From: Octopus sinensis | Taxonomy: Eukaryota | NCBI RefSeq assembly: GCF_006345805.1 | Contig: NC_043000.1 | Location: 75,578,001 to 75,642,000 of the forward strand | Length of the DNA: 64,000 nt | Direction of reading: 5' to 3' | The notes under the pieces: model-generated | What the model was told of the DNA's origin: nothing | The model's input: the letters and a program-made list of their open reading frames with translations, nothing else | Databases searched by the model: none | Translations under genes and position numbers: made by a program | Shown: one piece after another, positions 24,667-37,194 of the stretch | How the letters are laid out: each line of letters opens with the position of its first letter | Position numbering within the stretch: position 1 is the first letter of the stretch

Positions 24667-26595
24667 CCCTTTCGTTACTAAACCGCCCGAATTTACCTAT
24701 TCATATTTAAATGAGAGTATCAGAGCAAATCTCTTTAGTACATTCGTGAAAATACGTATTATACTTCGTAAAGAGTTCAACTACAGTTTTGTACAAAAAT
24801 CGAAGTGTAATTTTAATTCCGTGAATTTTGGGAGATTTTTTACCGAAATTTGTTCCTATTGTGTTTTCAAAATTTGTAATTCTGACAAAAAATGGATACG
24901 AATTTCATTATATCAAGCAGCGAGTCAGAATTCGAAGGATTTTCTATGAAGACCTTCATAAATCTAACTCTATGACTGAAAAAAAAAAGCACGTGGTATT
25001 TGATAATGAATCTGATGTTTCATTTTCCGAAAGTGAAAACAGTGAATCCGAGAGCTCCGACAGCGATAAAGAAAATGAATTGGCACCTGAATGGAGTGAA
25101 AATTTAAAAACTGTTTCTTTCGGTGATTTTTCTGAAGAAACTGGACCAAGCTACAGACTTTCCCAGAAGAGTAAAGCCTTAGACTATTTCTTTTTACTTT
25201 TCGAATGAGCCTATTTGATATCATTACGGCGGAAACAAACCGTTACGCTAAATGTAAACAAAACAAAAGAAAAGATAGTTAGTGGTTTCCCATAACCTTA
25301 AATGAAATTAAGACTATTTTGCCATAAATATTATTATGGGTATCAGAAAGTTACCCAGAATAACAAATTCTAACGTAAAATTTTGTTGTATACCCAACTG
25401 GGCGATCTTTCATTTGTAGTAGCACGTTTCCGTCGATGATTTCCGTAAAAAACTTTTATTTTTTTACATATGGGCTTGCGGGAACATTTGAAGTAATGAG
25501 AGCGAAAGAGACTAAGAGGAAGCGATTTTATGACGAGGGAATTTCTTTTGAAGTAACCGAAGCATTGATGTACATGTGTGTGTTTGATGGGGTGTGGGAG
25601 ACAGACAGTATGTTGTGTAAGTGAAGTGCTTCTGTTAGTGTGTGTGAAGAGACAGAGAGAGTAATGTGTGAAAGAGAGAGATAACTGAAATTTTACTCGG
25701 TGTATGTGTATATGTATGTATGCATGTATGTGTGTGTATGTATCTATGTATGTGTGTGTGTGTAAGTATGTGTGTGTGTATGTATGTATGTATGGCCGAT
25801 TCAGTGTACACTGAATCGGCCATACATACATACATACACACACACACATTCAGACATACATATACACATACACCGAGTAAATAATTACACTGAATCGGCC
25901 ATACATACATACATACACACATACTTACACACACACACATACATAGATACATACACACACATACATGCATACATACATATACACATACACCGAGTAAAAA
26001 ATTTCAGTTATCTCTCTCTTTCACACATTACTCTCTCTGTCCCTTCACACACACTAACAGAAGCACTTCACTTACACAACATACTGTCTGTCTCCCACAC
26101 CCCATCAAACACACACATGTACATCAATGCTTCGGTTACTTCAAAAGAAATTCCCTCGTCATAAAATCGCTTCCTCTTAGTCTCTTTCGCTCTCATTACT
26201 TCAAATGTTCCCGCAAGGCCATATGTAAAAAAATAAAAGTTTTTTACGGAAATCATCGACGGAAACGTGCTACTATAAACGAAAGATCGCCCCCAATTGA
26301 ATATTAGCTAATAACCCATTTTCTATAGCGATGTTTGAACAAAATTTTAATAATTTTATATTTTGTTGAATTTACCTGTATCTACCTGCAATTAGAGTCA
26401 CTTTGTGACAAAAATTATAGTATAGAATTGGTTGAGAACATTTCATTAAATTATCTTCCAAAATTCACGTTAATATATTGATAAATAAAAAAGTTATAGT
26501 TGTTTAATGAAACCAGACTAAATTTATGATTATGTTAGAAATTAATTGAAACACATAAGGGGTGTATTTTGGTCAGAAATATAGTAACGAAAGGG
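24667..26595 (+). mobile_element. piggyBac transposon, internally deleted, interrupted by a fold-back element
   Basis: TTAA at 24663-24666 and 26596-26599; TIR CCCTTTCGTTACTA / TAGTAACGAAAGGG; acidic N-terminus, then LDYFFLLF...TNRYA...W.PITLNEIK...IIMGIRKLP (PGBD domain). Confidence 0.88.
25401..26291. mobile_element. Fold-back (palindromic) non-autonomous DNA element, 891 bp, 8-bp TSD
   Basis: About 410-bp near-perfect inverted arms; ends GGCGATCTTT / AAAGATCGCC; TSD cccaactg (25393-25400) / cccaattg (26292-26299); empty site at 56160-56167. Confidence 0.88.
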
Positions 26596-27259
26596 TTAAT
26601 CTCTTCATGTTTATGTGTGTGAGCATATTTCGCTATGTGTATGAGTTAAGAAAAAGAGTTTCTATTGATTGGATTCAATACGTTGTAATGTCTTTCTTTC
26701 TCTCTCACGGTATGTGTATATTTTTGCATATGCATGTATTTACATTGAGTACCAAAAAAATACTATAGCCAAAAGAGGCATCGCCAAGACAGGTTCAATT
26801 TCTGGTCAACAGTTCCAGATCGTGAGCTTCCAAACTGTCAAACAATGAGAAAATGTGTGTTTGAATGCAAGTAGGTGCATGGGTGGGTGCCCTAGTACAA
26901 ATGTGTGTTTATATGTGTAAGTAATATGTAGTGGCTGTGTGTTTCAGGGAGACAGCAAGGTGAGAGAATGGCAAATGATATTTGTGTGTGTGTACATACA
27001 TGGGTGGAGAGTAGATATGTATGGGGATATATGCCTTGATGAGATGGTGTAAGAGGGCATGTGGATGTGCTGGTGTATGTAGGAGTGTCACAGATGCAGG
27101 AAGGTGAAAGAAGGGGTGTGTGTAAGTATGTGTGAGAGTTGTAAATGTGTGTAGGGTGGTGGGGTGGGAATGGTGCAGGTATTTTGAGAGTATATGGTAG
27201 GTGACAGGGCGAGATAGGGTAGTTGAGAGGATATAAGTGGGGAGAAAGGATAGAAAAAT

Positions 27260-27900
27260 TGAGGAGGTTGAGACTGAAAGGACTATAGGTTCGGAGAGAG
27301 GAAACCAAATCCTCTTCTCTCTGGAGGTGAAGTGCTGGAGATACAGAAGACCTAGAGGTGTTGGATGGAATGGCTAGTGGAATATAAAATGTTAAGAGAC
27401 AGGAAACCTACTACCAGGTCATACGTCTCAGAGGTGCTCTGTGAGCCTATCAGCCAGTTAGAAACTGGTTTGCCCAATGGAAATGAAATTGCAGAGAAAA
27501 CATTGGAGCGCATATACTAGAGGTGCAGTGGAAGAAGTCCTTAATTGGGGAAGTACAGTAAGGGAGGTGGTGATGGAAAGCAAATAGCAGGTATGAAAGT
27601 GGGGATGGGAGCAGCAAAAGGATCTGGGAAGATGGAACTATGGATGAGGTTGTGGGAGCTGTAGGCATGCTTGAAGAAGGGATAGATGTGAGAGGGAAGA
27701 AGCTGGAGGAGGTGGAAGAGGGAAAAAGCCGGAGGAAGTGGAAGAGGTTGACAATGCTGTGTTCTAGGGACAGGGTAGTAGATAAGAGAATGTGGTGGAA
27801 AGAATTTTGAACATAGGGTGTTCAAAACTGAGGTATGATCAATGGATAAGTGGGTGGGTAACCACATAAACCAAAAATGAAAAATGATAAAACTAGAGAA
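27260..27900 (-). mobile_element. Old Penelope-like GIY-YIG remnant
   Basis: LADRLTEHL*DV...FPVS*HF...SLRTYSPFSLN, matching the Penelope endonuclease C-terminus; highly decayed. Confidence 0.5.
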
Positions 27901-28324
27901 AATCTGTGGAAGTTTCATGGGGAAAAATTAAGAGAGAAAAAGGTGGTGAGTTGTGTGCATATAAAGGAAAGCATCTGTGTAAGGAGATGGGTATAGGAAA
28001 TATGAGCAGTGTTTGGGGTGCAGGTTTTGGCTGGGGGTAAGTGGAGTGAGATGTGAATAAGGTAAAGGTTAGAGGGAAGCAGGAAAATGGGGGAAACAGT
28101 GGAGAAAGTGGTGTGGTGAGACAAAAAAACCTAAAGCAGGTACGGGTAGAGGAAAAGTTACAAAAAGGAAAAATACATATGTAAGAAGGTATCACTACAG
28201 AGCACTGTACAATGAAGACAAGCACAGTTTGAACATGGAAAAACATGTTTTTTACTTTATCATTTTCGTGTCAAAATAATTATATATCATTTGAATTATA
28301 TATTATTTGAATGCTTTGAATTAT

Positions 28325-28810
28325 ATATCATTTGAATGCTTTCACAGAGTGAAAGGCAGATTATGTGATTCATGTGCATGAACAGCAATGCTACTGTTTT
28401 ACTATCATGCAAAGACTAAAAAGAGATTAATTGAGTATGCTCCACAGGATATGCAACATCAATGCACATGCTAAACAAAGGGCAAATGTGTTGGGAGAAA
28501 AATTGGGTATAAGAAGCATCAGATGTAGCATGCAAAAGAGATGATTGCACTGATATGGTCATATAATGCATATGGGTGAGGACAGTTGCAAAAAGAATTG
28601 ATCATGAAATGTGGATGAAACTTGTGGAAGACAGAGACCCAGGAAGATATGGAACAAAGCAGTGACATTCAACCACAGGTTGTTCAACCTTACGGAGACT
28701 TTAATGAACTGAGATGAATGTCAAGAACAATCGTTCATCTCAGTAAAAATATTGAAATATTTCATCATCATCGTTTAACATCCGTTTTCCGTGCTAGCAC
28801 GGGTTGGACA
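28325..28810. repeat. Old RTE fragments (ORF 3' remnant on +, short tail on -)
   Basis: gtgaaaggcagattatgtgattcatgtg (VKGRL.D.C) at about 28330; catcatcgtttaacatccg tail at about 28763. Confidence 0.5.
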
Positions 28811-30182
28811 TTCATGTCTATACAACTAATCTTTATATGTCAAGCCTTCCCAGCAACTCACCTTCATAACACACAGTACTATTTCTCAGCTGTTATAATT
28901 ATATAAAAGCAGAACTGCACATATTTCTTTCCCCTTTTTATGTTACCAATAATCCCTCTTCTTGGAACCACTTCCATTGCCACCTATCCCATACTCACAT
29001 CATCCCTTACCACTATATGTCCACTGAATGCTCCTTTCCCTTGAACATCTGATATCTGTTATTGATGCCTCTTTTTGTAACTCACTCTATCCACCCCTCT
29101 GTACCTTTGCATCTGACACTGTGCACCTTCTATATTCCCAACACTTTACCTCATCTCCCTATTTCTCATCTATCTATGGTTTTATTTTACTGTTGTTCTC
29201 CACCTAGCTTTTTTATGTATGTATTACTACCTATTGCCTCCCACTCAATGACCTACTCTTAATCTCTTTACATTCCTTCAAAACAAGACACACCATTGCG
29301 AACACTTCCATCCATGTTCACTGTTCATGGCTTCCATATCTCTCTTCCTCTCTGTCTGTCACTCTCCATTCACACTCTCGCAATGCTACCTACCTACCAG
29401 AATAAAATGGAAAGAAAAATTAAAGTGAATTAAACTAAATTTGTATAATATCACATCTGGAAGTTCATTTATTTCAGCATGAAGAGGTCATATCAAACAA
29501 CTGAAACAGGTACATACTTTCTTTTCATGATAAAGTTCACTAAGCATTTTCATTTTCTTAGTTTTTCAATATATATTTACTCATGTAACTTCTTAACATT
29601 TTAAATATCATTTACCACAAGAGGAACAGAAAATGCCAATAAAATGAGACATCAATCCTAAGTATTAACGAAGAAAAAAATGAAACAACTAAAGAAAACT
29701 AACACAAACCTAATAATGATCATCAACACGCTCAATACAGATAAAAAGAATGAGGAAATTGAAAACAAGAAACACAATATCCAAAATCAACAAAAATCTT
29801 GGAAAATTATGCAAAACCATTAAAATGTTTTATTGAAACAAAGTAGACAAGGATATCAAAATGACAAAACACATGACATAAATACAATAAAAACAACTAC
29901 ATGTTACAATAATGGAAAATAATGAAAAAAATTCCTTGGGGAGAGAAAAATTTGCATTTTGGAAGATTATTAAAAGATAAAGCAGATATACAGGGTGGCC
30001 CAAAAGTAGGTTTACAGTTATCAAGTAAGCACTTTAAATTTCTTTAAAAACATTTTAATACATTTAAATTTCTATCTTACAAACTGAAAAGAAGTTTGAT
30101 AAAAGTAACTAAATTAGCATAGAATAATGGTATCATATTTTTTTATAATTAAGATCTAAACTGTTAATATATGAATGTGAAA

Positions 30183-32090
30183 GAGATACATTATTTACAT
30201 TTGATGGATATTTGTCTTCATTTTGTTTGTTGTTAACACAACGTTTCAGTTGATATACCCTCTAGCCTACATCTGGTGTCTTGGGGAAATTTCGAACCTA
30301 GGTTCTCATTCCTAAGTTATTTTTTGATGTTATTATTATTATTCAGGTCACTGCTTGGAATCGAACTCGGAATCTTGAGGTTATTAGCCCACATTCTTAA
30401 CCACTATGCCATATGCTGAATAATAATAATAATAGCATCGAAAAATACCTTAGGAATGAGAACCCAGGTACGAAATTTCCTCAAGACACCTGATGGAGGC
30501 TGGAGGGTATATCAGCCAAAACGTTGTGTTAACAACAAACAAGATGAGGACAAATATCCATCAAATGTAAATAATGTACATAATTTTTCATCTCTTAAAT
30601 ATAGAACTGTGAAAGAGATAGTTGAATAACTGTAAACCTTCTTTTGGGCCACCCTATATATATGAAAAATGGGTCAACTCAACACCAATAATTCTACCCC
30701 ACAAGCACCAAATAAAACCTATCCTAGAAAAACCAGAAGCACAAAACCAGCTTAGGGAAAGAAAGGCGCTCTCAAAGTTGACATTACAACTTCCTTCCCA
30801 TAAAGAGAAACAATTAATGAAATTATCAGGATACATACCATCAGAACTTATATTTAAAAAAAAATTGCTGTACAATCTTTTACAACAAACCTATGCCATT
30901 CATACCAACAAACTCTCCCCAAAACACACCAATGGAATGTAAAATTCAGACTCACAGAACAATCCTATACCACAAATCCATGCCATAAATTACAATAAGA
31001 GACACATTAATCACATCAACCAAACTGGCTACGTTAACCATTTTTTAGACCCCATCCACAGAAATTCAAGATAGGCCAAAAATATTTAAAATCATTAATT
31101 TATCAAGCAAAGAATTAACAACACAACAAAGTAGCATACTCTTTAAAGGGCTCAAATTCACAATGACCCAACTATAATGAAATGAAAGATGACATTTCTG
31201 AATTCTGTAGAAAATTAAGACTCACCAAGGAACTGTATGACAAAAACAGTGACGATGAGTGAATAGTAAGAAACAACCGTAACTTTATCACACCAAGGTA
31301 AGAACAAAATCCTTGACAATTTCTGTGGATACATTTTGAATCACCTATATCAACGCACACAAGCAAAAACACAACCAAACTTCAGTAAGAGTGAATGTAA
31401 TGAGCTAAACAAATTAAAAGATGATAAAGAAATAACAATTAAATAGGATGATAAAAATCTTGTGTTAACCATATTAGAAGATGATGCATTACTACAAAAA
31501 GGCCCAACAAAAAATAATGAGGCACATTAGAACATTAATAAGCTTATATTGAAAAAGACTCACTGATAAGGAATACAATTATATAACCAATTTCTAATGT
31601 TGATCTAGTCTGTTCTATGGCATACCACAGGTACACAATAATGAAAAAATAAGAGAGGCATGCAAAGGAGCCACTGACATACACTTTAATGTCCCCTCAC
31701 CTAACAATCTGAAATTAAGACTAATAATAACTGGTCCTGTTTGCAAAACTTATTGCCTGAGTAATTTTTTGGATATCTTGCTCAAGCCATTAGAAGTTTC
31801 ATAAGAGATGACTTAGACATGCTCAACCATCTTCCAAAAAAAGTCAATGAGAAAACTTTAATAGTATCTTTCAAACATCTCCCACAACTTAGGCCATTAA
31901 ACTCCGGTGGGGATAATTATACTAGTGAACTAGAGAATAATTATTTCATATTCAATTACAATTTTTTAGACAGAAATGTAGGATTGTGATGGGAACAAAA
32001 ACCTCTCTCATTTGTGAATCTAGTTATCAGCTACCTAGAAATCAGGCTATACTAAAGAGCACTAGAAAAATACTGAAACTGTTCTGGGAA
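30183..32090 (+). mobile_element. Penelope-like element (degenerate) preceded by inverted pLTR pair
   Basis: Inverted about 150-bp arms at 30183-30330 and 30435-30600. KIINLSSKELTTQQSSILFKGLKFT, CLSNFLDILLKPL, IRDDLDMLNHLP and a GT.MGTK..P-like motif near 31985. Confidence 0.75.
30485..30530 (+). ncRNA. Minimal type-I hammerhead ribozyme motif (core-mutated copy); second copy on - at 30235-30280
   Basis: GACAC-CTGATGG-AGGCTG(GAGGGTATAT)CAGCC-AAAA-CG-TT-GTGTT; stem I gacac/gtgtt, palindromic ACGT stem III. Confidence 0.65.
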
Positions 32091-32550
32091 TGGCCATACA
32101 TCAACAAGAACAAATGATGTAAGCTTTGATTGGTCAAAAGAGCAAGAATATTAAAAACCTCACATGACCTGGAGTTCTTTTTAAACTCCAAAATAGAAAT
32201 GTTTAGTCAGTGTCCTTATCAGGAGAGATTTGTGTTGAAAACATTGGAATTCACCTTTTGCTAATAAGGAAATGCAAGCAGCCTCAGGCACCTCCAGCAG
32301 GACTATCATGAACATAACCAGTACTAGTCTAAGAGGGATAACTCCACCTCACCCGAGGCTTTGCTGGTAAAGTTTTGTCCCAGAATTTGTTTGCTTACTA
32401 AATAAACTGACCATGACATTTTTCTCCCTCCAGTTGTAGAGTGGTTATGTGCCTCTGTCTATTTGAGCCTGATAAGTCGCCTATAAAGCTAAGCACCTTA
32501 TAGGTATGAAGCCAATGGTCACTCTCTGACTGGCCATGACAACCTTCTAA

Positions 32551-32585
<35 letters not shown>

Positions 32586-34284
32586 GACATGCATGTGTCT
32601 GTTAAAATAACTGGAAACATGAAATTCAGTTACAATTTAAGCAGTTGCAGCTGACACATAATAGACATATACATACATAAACATGCACACACACATAATT
32701 GTGAATATTTATAAATGAGGGGAAATACTCAAAATACAGAAGTTCGTGTGTGTATGGTGGATTCTCTCATCGAACACAATGAATGAGGGGTCAGTAAATA
32801 ACCTTCAACAACTCCTAAGCCCTGTGACACCATATGTGTATCTTCAAAAAAAACCAAAAAAACCACACATCGATGCGCCAAACCTCAGGTGTTATTGAGT
32901 GAAAATGGTTTACTGAACAACCGGCACTTTGACAGAGGTACAAGATTTTCTGGTTTGGGAATACTGACGGGGTCGGGAGTGTGGGTATACTTATCGCCGA
33001 AAATTGGGTATATAAAGTAATCGAGGTAGTCAGAGTATGTGACAGAATACTTAAGATTAGATTAGTGCTCCATCATAGACTAGCAACTATTATATCGGCC
33101 TATGCCCCTCAGCCAGGGCTACCCGATGGACACAAAGACCATTTCTATGACACCCTACTGCAGACTACCTCATTGACGAACGACAGGGACCTTCTCTTTG
33201 TGGCTGGTGACTTCAATGGGCATGTTGGACGACATGCTGGGGGCTTCCATGGCGTACATGATGGCTACGGTTATGGTTCCCGCAACGAGGAGGGAACCAG
33301 GCTGCTGGAGTTCTGCGATGTGAATAGTCTTATGGTTTGCAACACTAACTTCAGGAAACCGACAAACCACCTGGTCACCTACCAATCGGGCCGGCATACT
33401 AGCCAAATCGACTACATCCTTGCCAGAAAAAGGGAAAGATGGCTGCTTATAAATGCCAAAACCTTCCCAGGCGAAGAATGTACTCCACAACATAGACTGG
33501 TAGTTAGTGACTTTAGGATCAGGACTAAGAGGACGACCAACATGGAGAAGACCCAAAATAATGTGGTGGTGGAACAATATTGTTGACAGGGCTATTAGAC
33601 AAAAGAAACAGGCTTGGAAGGACTGGAAGAACGGTGGTAGCAGGGAAGTGTATCAGACTGCCAGAAGGGAAGCTAGGAGGCAGGTGTATTTAGCCAGAGG
33701 GGAAGCAGATAGGAAAAAAATGCCAATGTTCTCTGCCGTGAGGATGAAAGACTTGAGGTATTTCGTGTTGCAAGACAGTGTGTGAGAGAGAATCATGACG
33801 TGGTAGGAGAGAAATGTGTTCGCAAGGATGACGGTTCACTTGCGCTAAATGAGGATGCAAAGAGAGAGGTATGGAGACGCCACTATGAAATGTTGCTGAA
33901 TGAGGAAAATGAATGGGATAAAGAGAGTCTGCCGAATGTCGACCCAATAGAGGGACCAGCAATCCGAGTTGACAGTTCCTTAGTAGTTAAGGCAATTACA
34001 AGCATGAAAACAGGGAAAGCCCTAGGCCCATCAGGACTCACTGCAGAGATGCTCAAAATATCTGGTAGTGTCGGCTATAGCCTAGTCACTCGTATAGTTA
34101 ACCAGGTGATACACGAAGGAGTCATACCCAATGACTGGTGTAGCAGCATAATAGTCAACTGCTACAAAGGTAAAGGTGACGCCCTAGATACAAATAACTA
34201 CAGGGGTATCAAGCTGCTGGATCAGGTAATGAAAGTTACGGAGAGGGTTATAGCCCAACAAATTAGAGAGTTAGCTTAGATGAG

Positions 34285-35616
34285 ATGCAGTTTGGGTTCG
34301 TGCCAGGGAAAAGTACTACTGATGCTATATTCCTGGTAAGACAGCTGCAGGAGAAATACCTAGCCAAAGATAAGCCCCTGTACCTGGCTTTTGTTGACAT
34401 GGAGAAAGCCTTCGACAGGGTCCCCCGATCCCTTATCTGGTGGTCAATGAGGAAACTAGGGATAGATGCATGGTTAGTGAGAGCTGTGCAAGCCATGTAC
34501 AGAGACACTGCTAGTAAGGTGAGGGCTGGCAACGAGTACAGTGAAGAATTCCGGGTAGAGGTTGGGGTCCACCAAGGTTCAGTCCTCAGTCCCCTCCTTT
34601 TTATCATAGTCCTCCAGGCAATAACGGAGGAATTCAAGACAGGATGCCCTTGGGAGCTCCTCTATGCTAATGACCTTGCTCTAATTGCTGAGTCACTATC
34701 AGAACTGGAGGAGAAGTTTCAGGTGTGGAAGCAAGGATTAGAATCGAAGGGCCTTAGAATCAACCTAGCTAAAACCAAAGTCCTAATAAGTAGGAAGGTA
34801 GACCAATCACAAACGCCTTCAGGTAGATGGCCCTGCTCGATCTGTAAAAAAGGTGTAGGTAGAAACTCTATAAGGTGCACCAAGTGTAAGCTATGGACAC
34901 ATAAGAGGTGCAGCAATGTCAAAGGAAGGCTAACTAGGAAAATAGTTTTTGTCTGTGGCAGATGCTCAGGAGCAATAAACACTGAAAATGTGCAGAGACC
35001 AACTTCTACCACGTTCCAGGGAGAAAAACTAGAAGTAGTTGATAGCTTCCGCTACCTAGGTGACCAAGTCAGTAGCGGGGGTGGGTGTGTTGAAAGTGTA
35101 ACCGCTAGAGTAAGAATAGCCCGGGCAAAGTTTAGAGAGCTCTTACTCCTGCTGGTGACAAAAGGCCTCTCGCTCAGAGTAAAAGGCAGGCTGTATGATG
35201 CATGTGTACGTACAGCCATGCTACATGGTAGTGAAACATGGGCTGTGACTGCTGAGGATATGCGTAAGCTCGCAAGAAATGAAGCCAGTATGCTCCGATG
35301 GATGTGTAATGTCAGTGTTCATAATCGACAGAGTGTAAGTACCTTGAGAGAAAAGTTGGACCTAAGAAGCATCAGTTGTGGTGTGCAAGAGAGACGTTTG
35401 CGCTGGTATGGGCATGTGACGAGAATGGCTGAAGATAGTTGTGTGCAAAAGTGCCACACCCTAGCAGTTGAGGGAACCTGTGGAAGAGGTAGACCCAGGA
35501 AAACCTGGGACGAGGTGGTGAAGCACGACCTTCGAACTTTAGGTCTCACTAAAGAAATGACTAGAGATCGAGACCTATGGAAGTATGCTGTGCGTGAGAA
35601 GACCCAGCAAGACTAG
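34285..35616 (+). pseudogene. RTE reverse transcriptase C-terminal open frame (443 aa), part of a disrupted ORF
   Basis: ORF track; YADD changed to YAND; upstream frames broken by frameshifts. Confidence 0.85.
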
Positions 35617-35647
35617 TGAGACCATAACCCGTGGCCTCTACCTGGTA

Positions 35648-35915
35648 TGTAGCCAGTCGACTTATACATACCTTTCCTTCTTGGGACACAAAACTCCACT
35701 TGTGAAGACCCGTTGAGGCAAGTGAAAATCAAAAATCAAAATCAAATTTAAACCAAATCAAACCAGATATCAGAAAGCAGAACTAAAGTAGCCAGTCGAC
35801 TTATACATACCTTTTCTTCTTGGGACACAAAACTCCACTTGTGAAAACCCGTTGAGGTAAGTGAAAATCAAAAATCAAAATCAAAATCAAATCAGATATC
35901 AGAAAGCAGAACCAA
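35648..35915 (+). repeat. Tandem duplication of about 135 bp in RTE 3' UTR
   Basis: gtagccagtcgacttatacatacc...gatatcagaaagcagaac occurs twice (from about 35648 and about 35788). Confidence 0.85.
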
Positions 35916-36659
35916 AATTGAAGCCGATCAACATCAATGGAAATTGCAGCTGTGATACCAGTGCCGGTGACAAGTAAGCGAACCATCCGATCGTGGCCGT
36001 TGCCAGCCTCACCTGGCCCCTGTGCCGGTGGCACGTAAAAGCACCATCCGTCCGTGGCCGTCTGCCAGCTCTGTTTGGCACCTGTGCGGGTGGCACGTAA
36101 AAAGCACCCACTACGCTCACGGAGTGGTTGGCGTTAGGAAGGGCATCCAGCCGTAGAAACACTGCCAGATCAGACTGGGCCTGAAGCAGCCTTCTGGCTT
36201 CACAGACCCCAGTTGAACTGTCCAACCCATGCTAGCATGGAAAGCGGACGTTAAATGATGATGATGTACAGGTGCACGGTGTGCCACATGTCAGATGATA
36301 AAACGATCGCAGGATTTTCCTTGTTCTGTCTCCTAGATTAGTTGTGAGAATCAACACTAAAGGGTTTGATCCACCCTGGTAGGCTTTCTGCATGCCTGGG
36401 CACCATACCAGGTATTTCTAGGTCCTCGCATGATACAGCCCTAAGACATTTATTGGATGGCCATTGACTCTCAAGAGTTCCTCCGCCCTTGACGGGTTTT
36501 GTTTTTCATCCCGCAGGGTGTCCAATAAACACCCTCCTCACCAAGCAATCTTGGTAGGGTTGCCAGTTTAGTCGCCGATGACCCGACCATGCAACAGATT
36601 GTACTGGGTTACATGTTACCAGTAGCACTCGAAAGTGACCTGACATATGTGTGTGTGTG

Positions 36660-37165
36660 TATTCGTTGTTACTACGTTTATTCATACATTGTTACGAAAA
36701 TTTAACCTTTTAGGCTACTTTCAAGCCTTCGCCATAACTTGATTTATCTTTCCTATCTCTCTCTCTACAAAATTTAACCTTAGGCTACCTCAAGCCGTAA
36801 TCCCAACTCTTCCCATCTTTCCGCCATTGGCGGTCTTTTTCCTCCTCTTCTTCTTCTTATGCTAAAACTTGAAAATCGCCATTACCATTACGATTCTGCA
36901 ATTTAAATTCCCAATTCAACTTACTTTCTTCTTCAATTTCAACTCTCGATCGATGCCCGCAGCAAGTTCTTAAAAATTTATCTTACTATTTTTATTCGTT
37001 GTTACTACGTTTATTCATACATTGTTACGAAAATTTAACCTTTTAGGCTACTTTCAAGCCTTCGCCATAACTTGATTTATCTTTCCTATCTCTCTCTCTA
37101 CAAAATTTAACCTTAGGCTAACTCAAGCCGTAATCCCATCTCTTCCCATCTTTCCGCCATTGGCG
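36660..37165 (+). repeat. Direct duplication of about 180 bp
   Basis: attcgttgttactacgtttattcatacattgttacg...ccgccattggcggt at 36660-36835 and about 36994-37167. Confidence 0.85.
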
Positions 37166-37194
37166 GTGCGCCCGCCCCCCCACCCCCACCACCA

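Larger units (their letters stand above)
32933..36267 (+). mobile_element. RTE-clade LINE, 5'-truncated, relatively young
   Basis: APE 32981-33586 (AYAPQ, GDFNGHVG, SQIDYIL); RT 33782-35616 (FVDMEKAFDRVP, HQGSVLSP, LYANDLAL, CxxC knuckles); 3' tail ggaaagcggacgttaaatgatgatgatg. About 190-bp deletion near 33548 relative to the 6266 copy. Confidence 0.95.

Noticed and set aside
25370-26164. ORFs of 111-159 aa rich in H/T/Y/C/V
   Set aside because: They are translations of (TACA)n/(CA)n microsatellite inside the fold-back element; there are no protein motifs.
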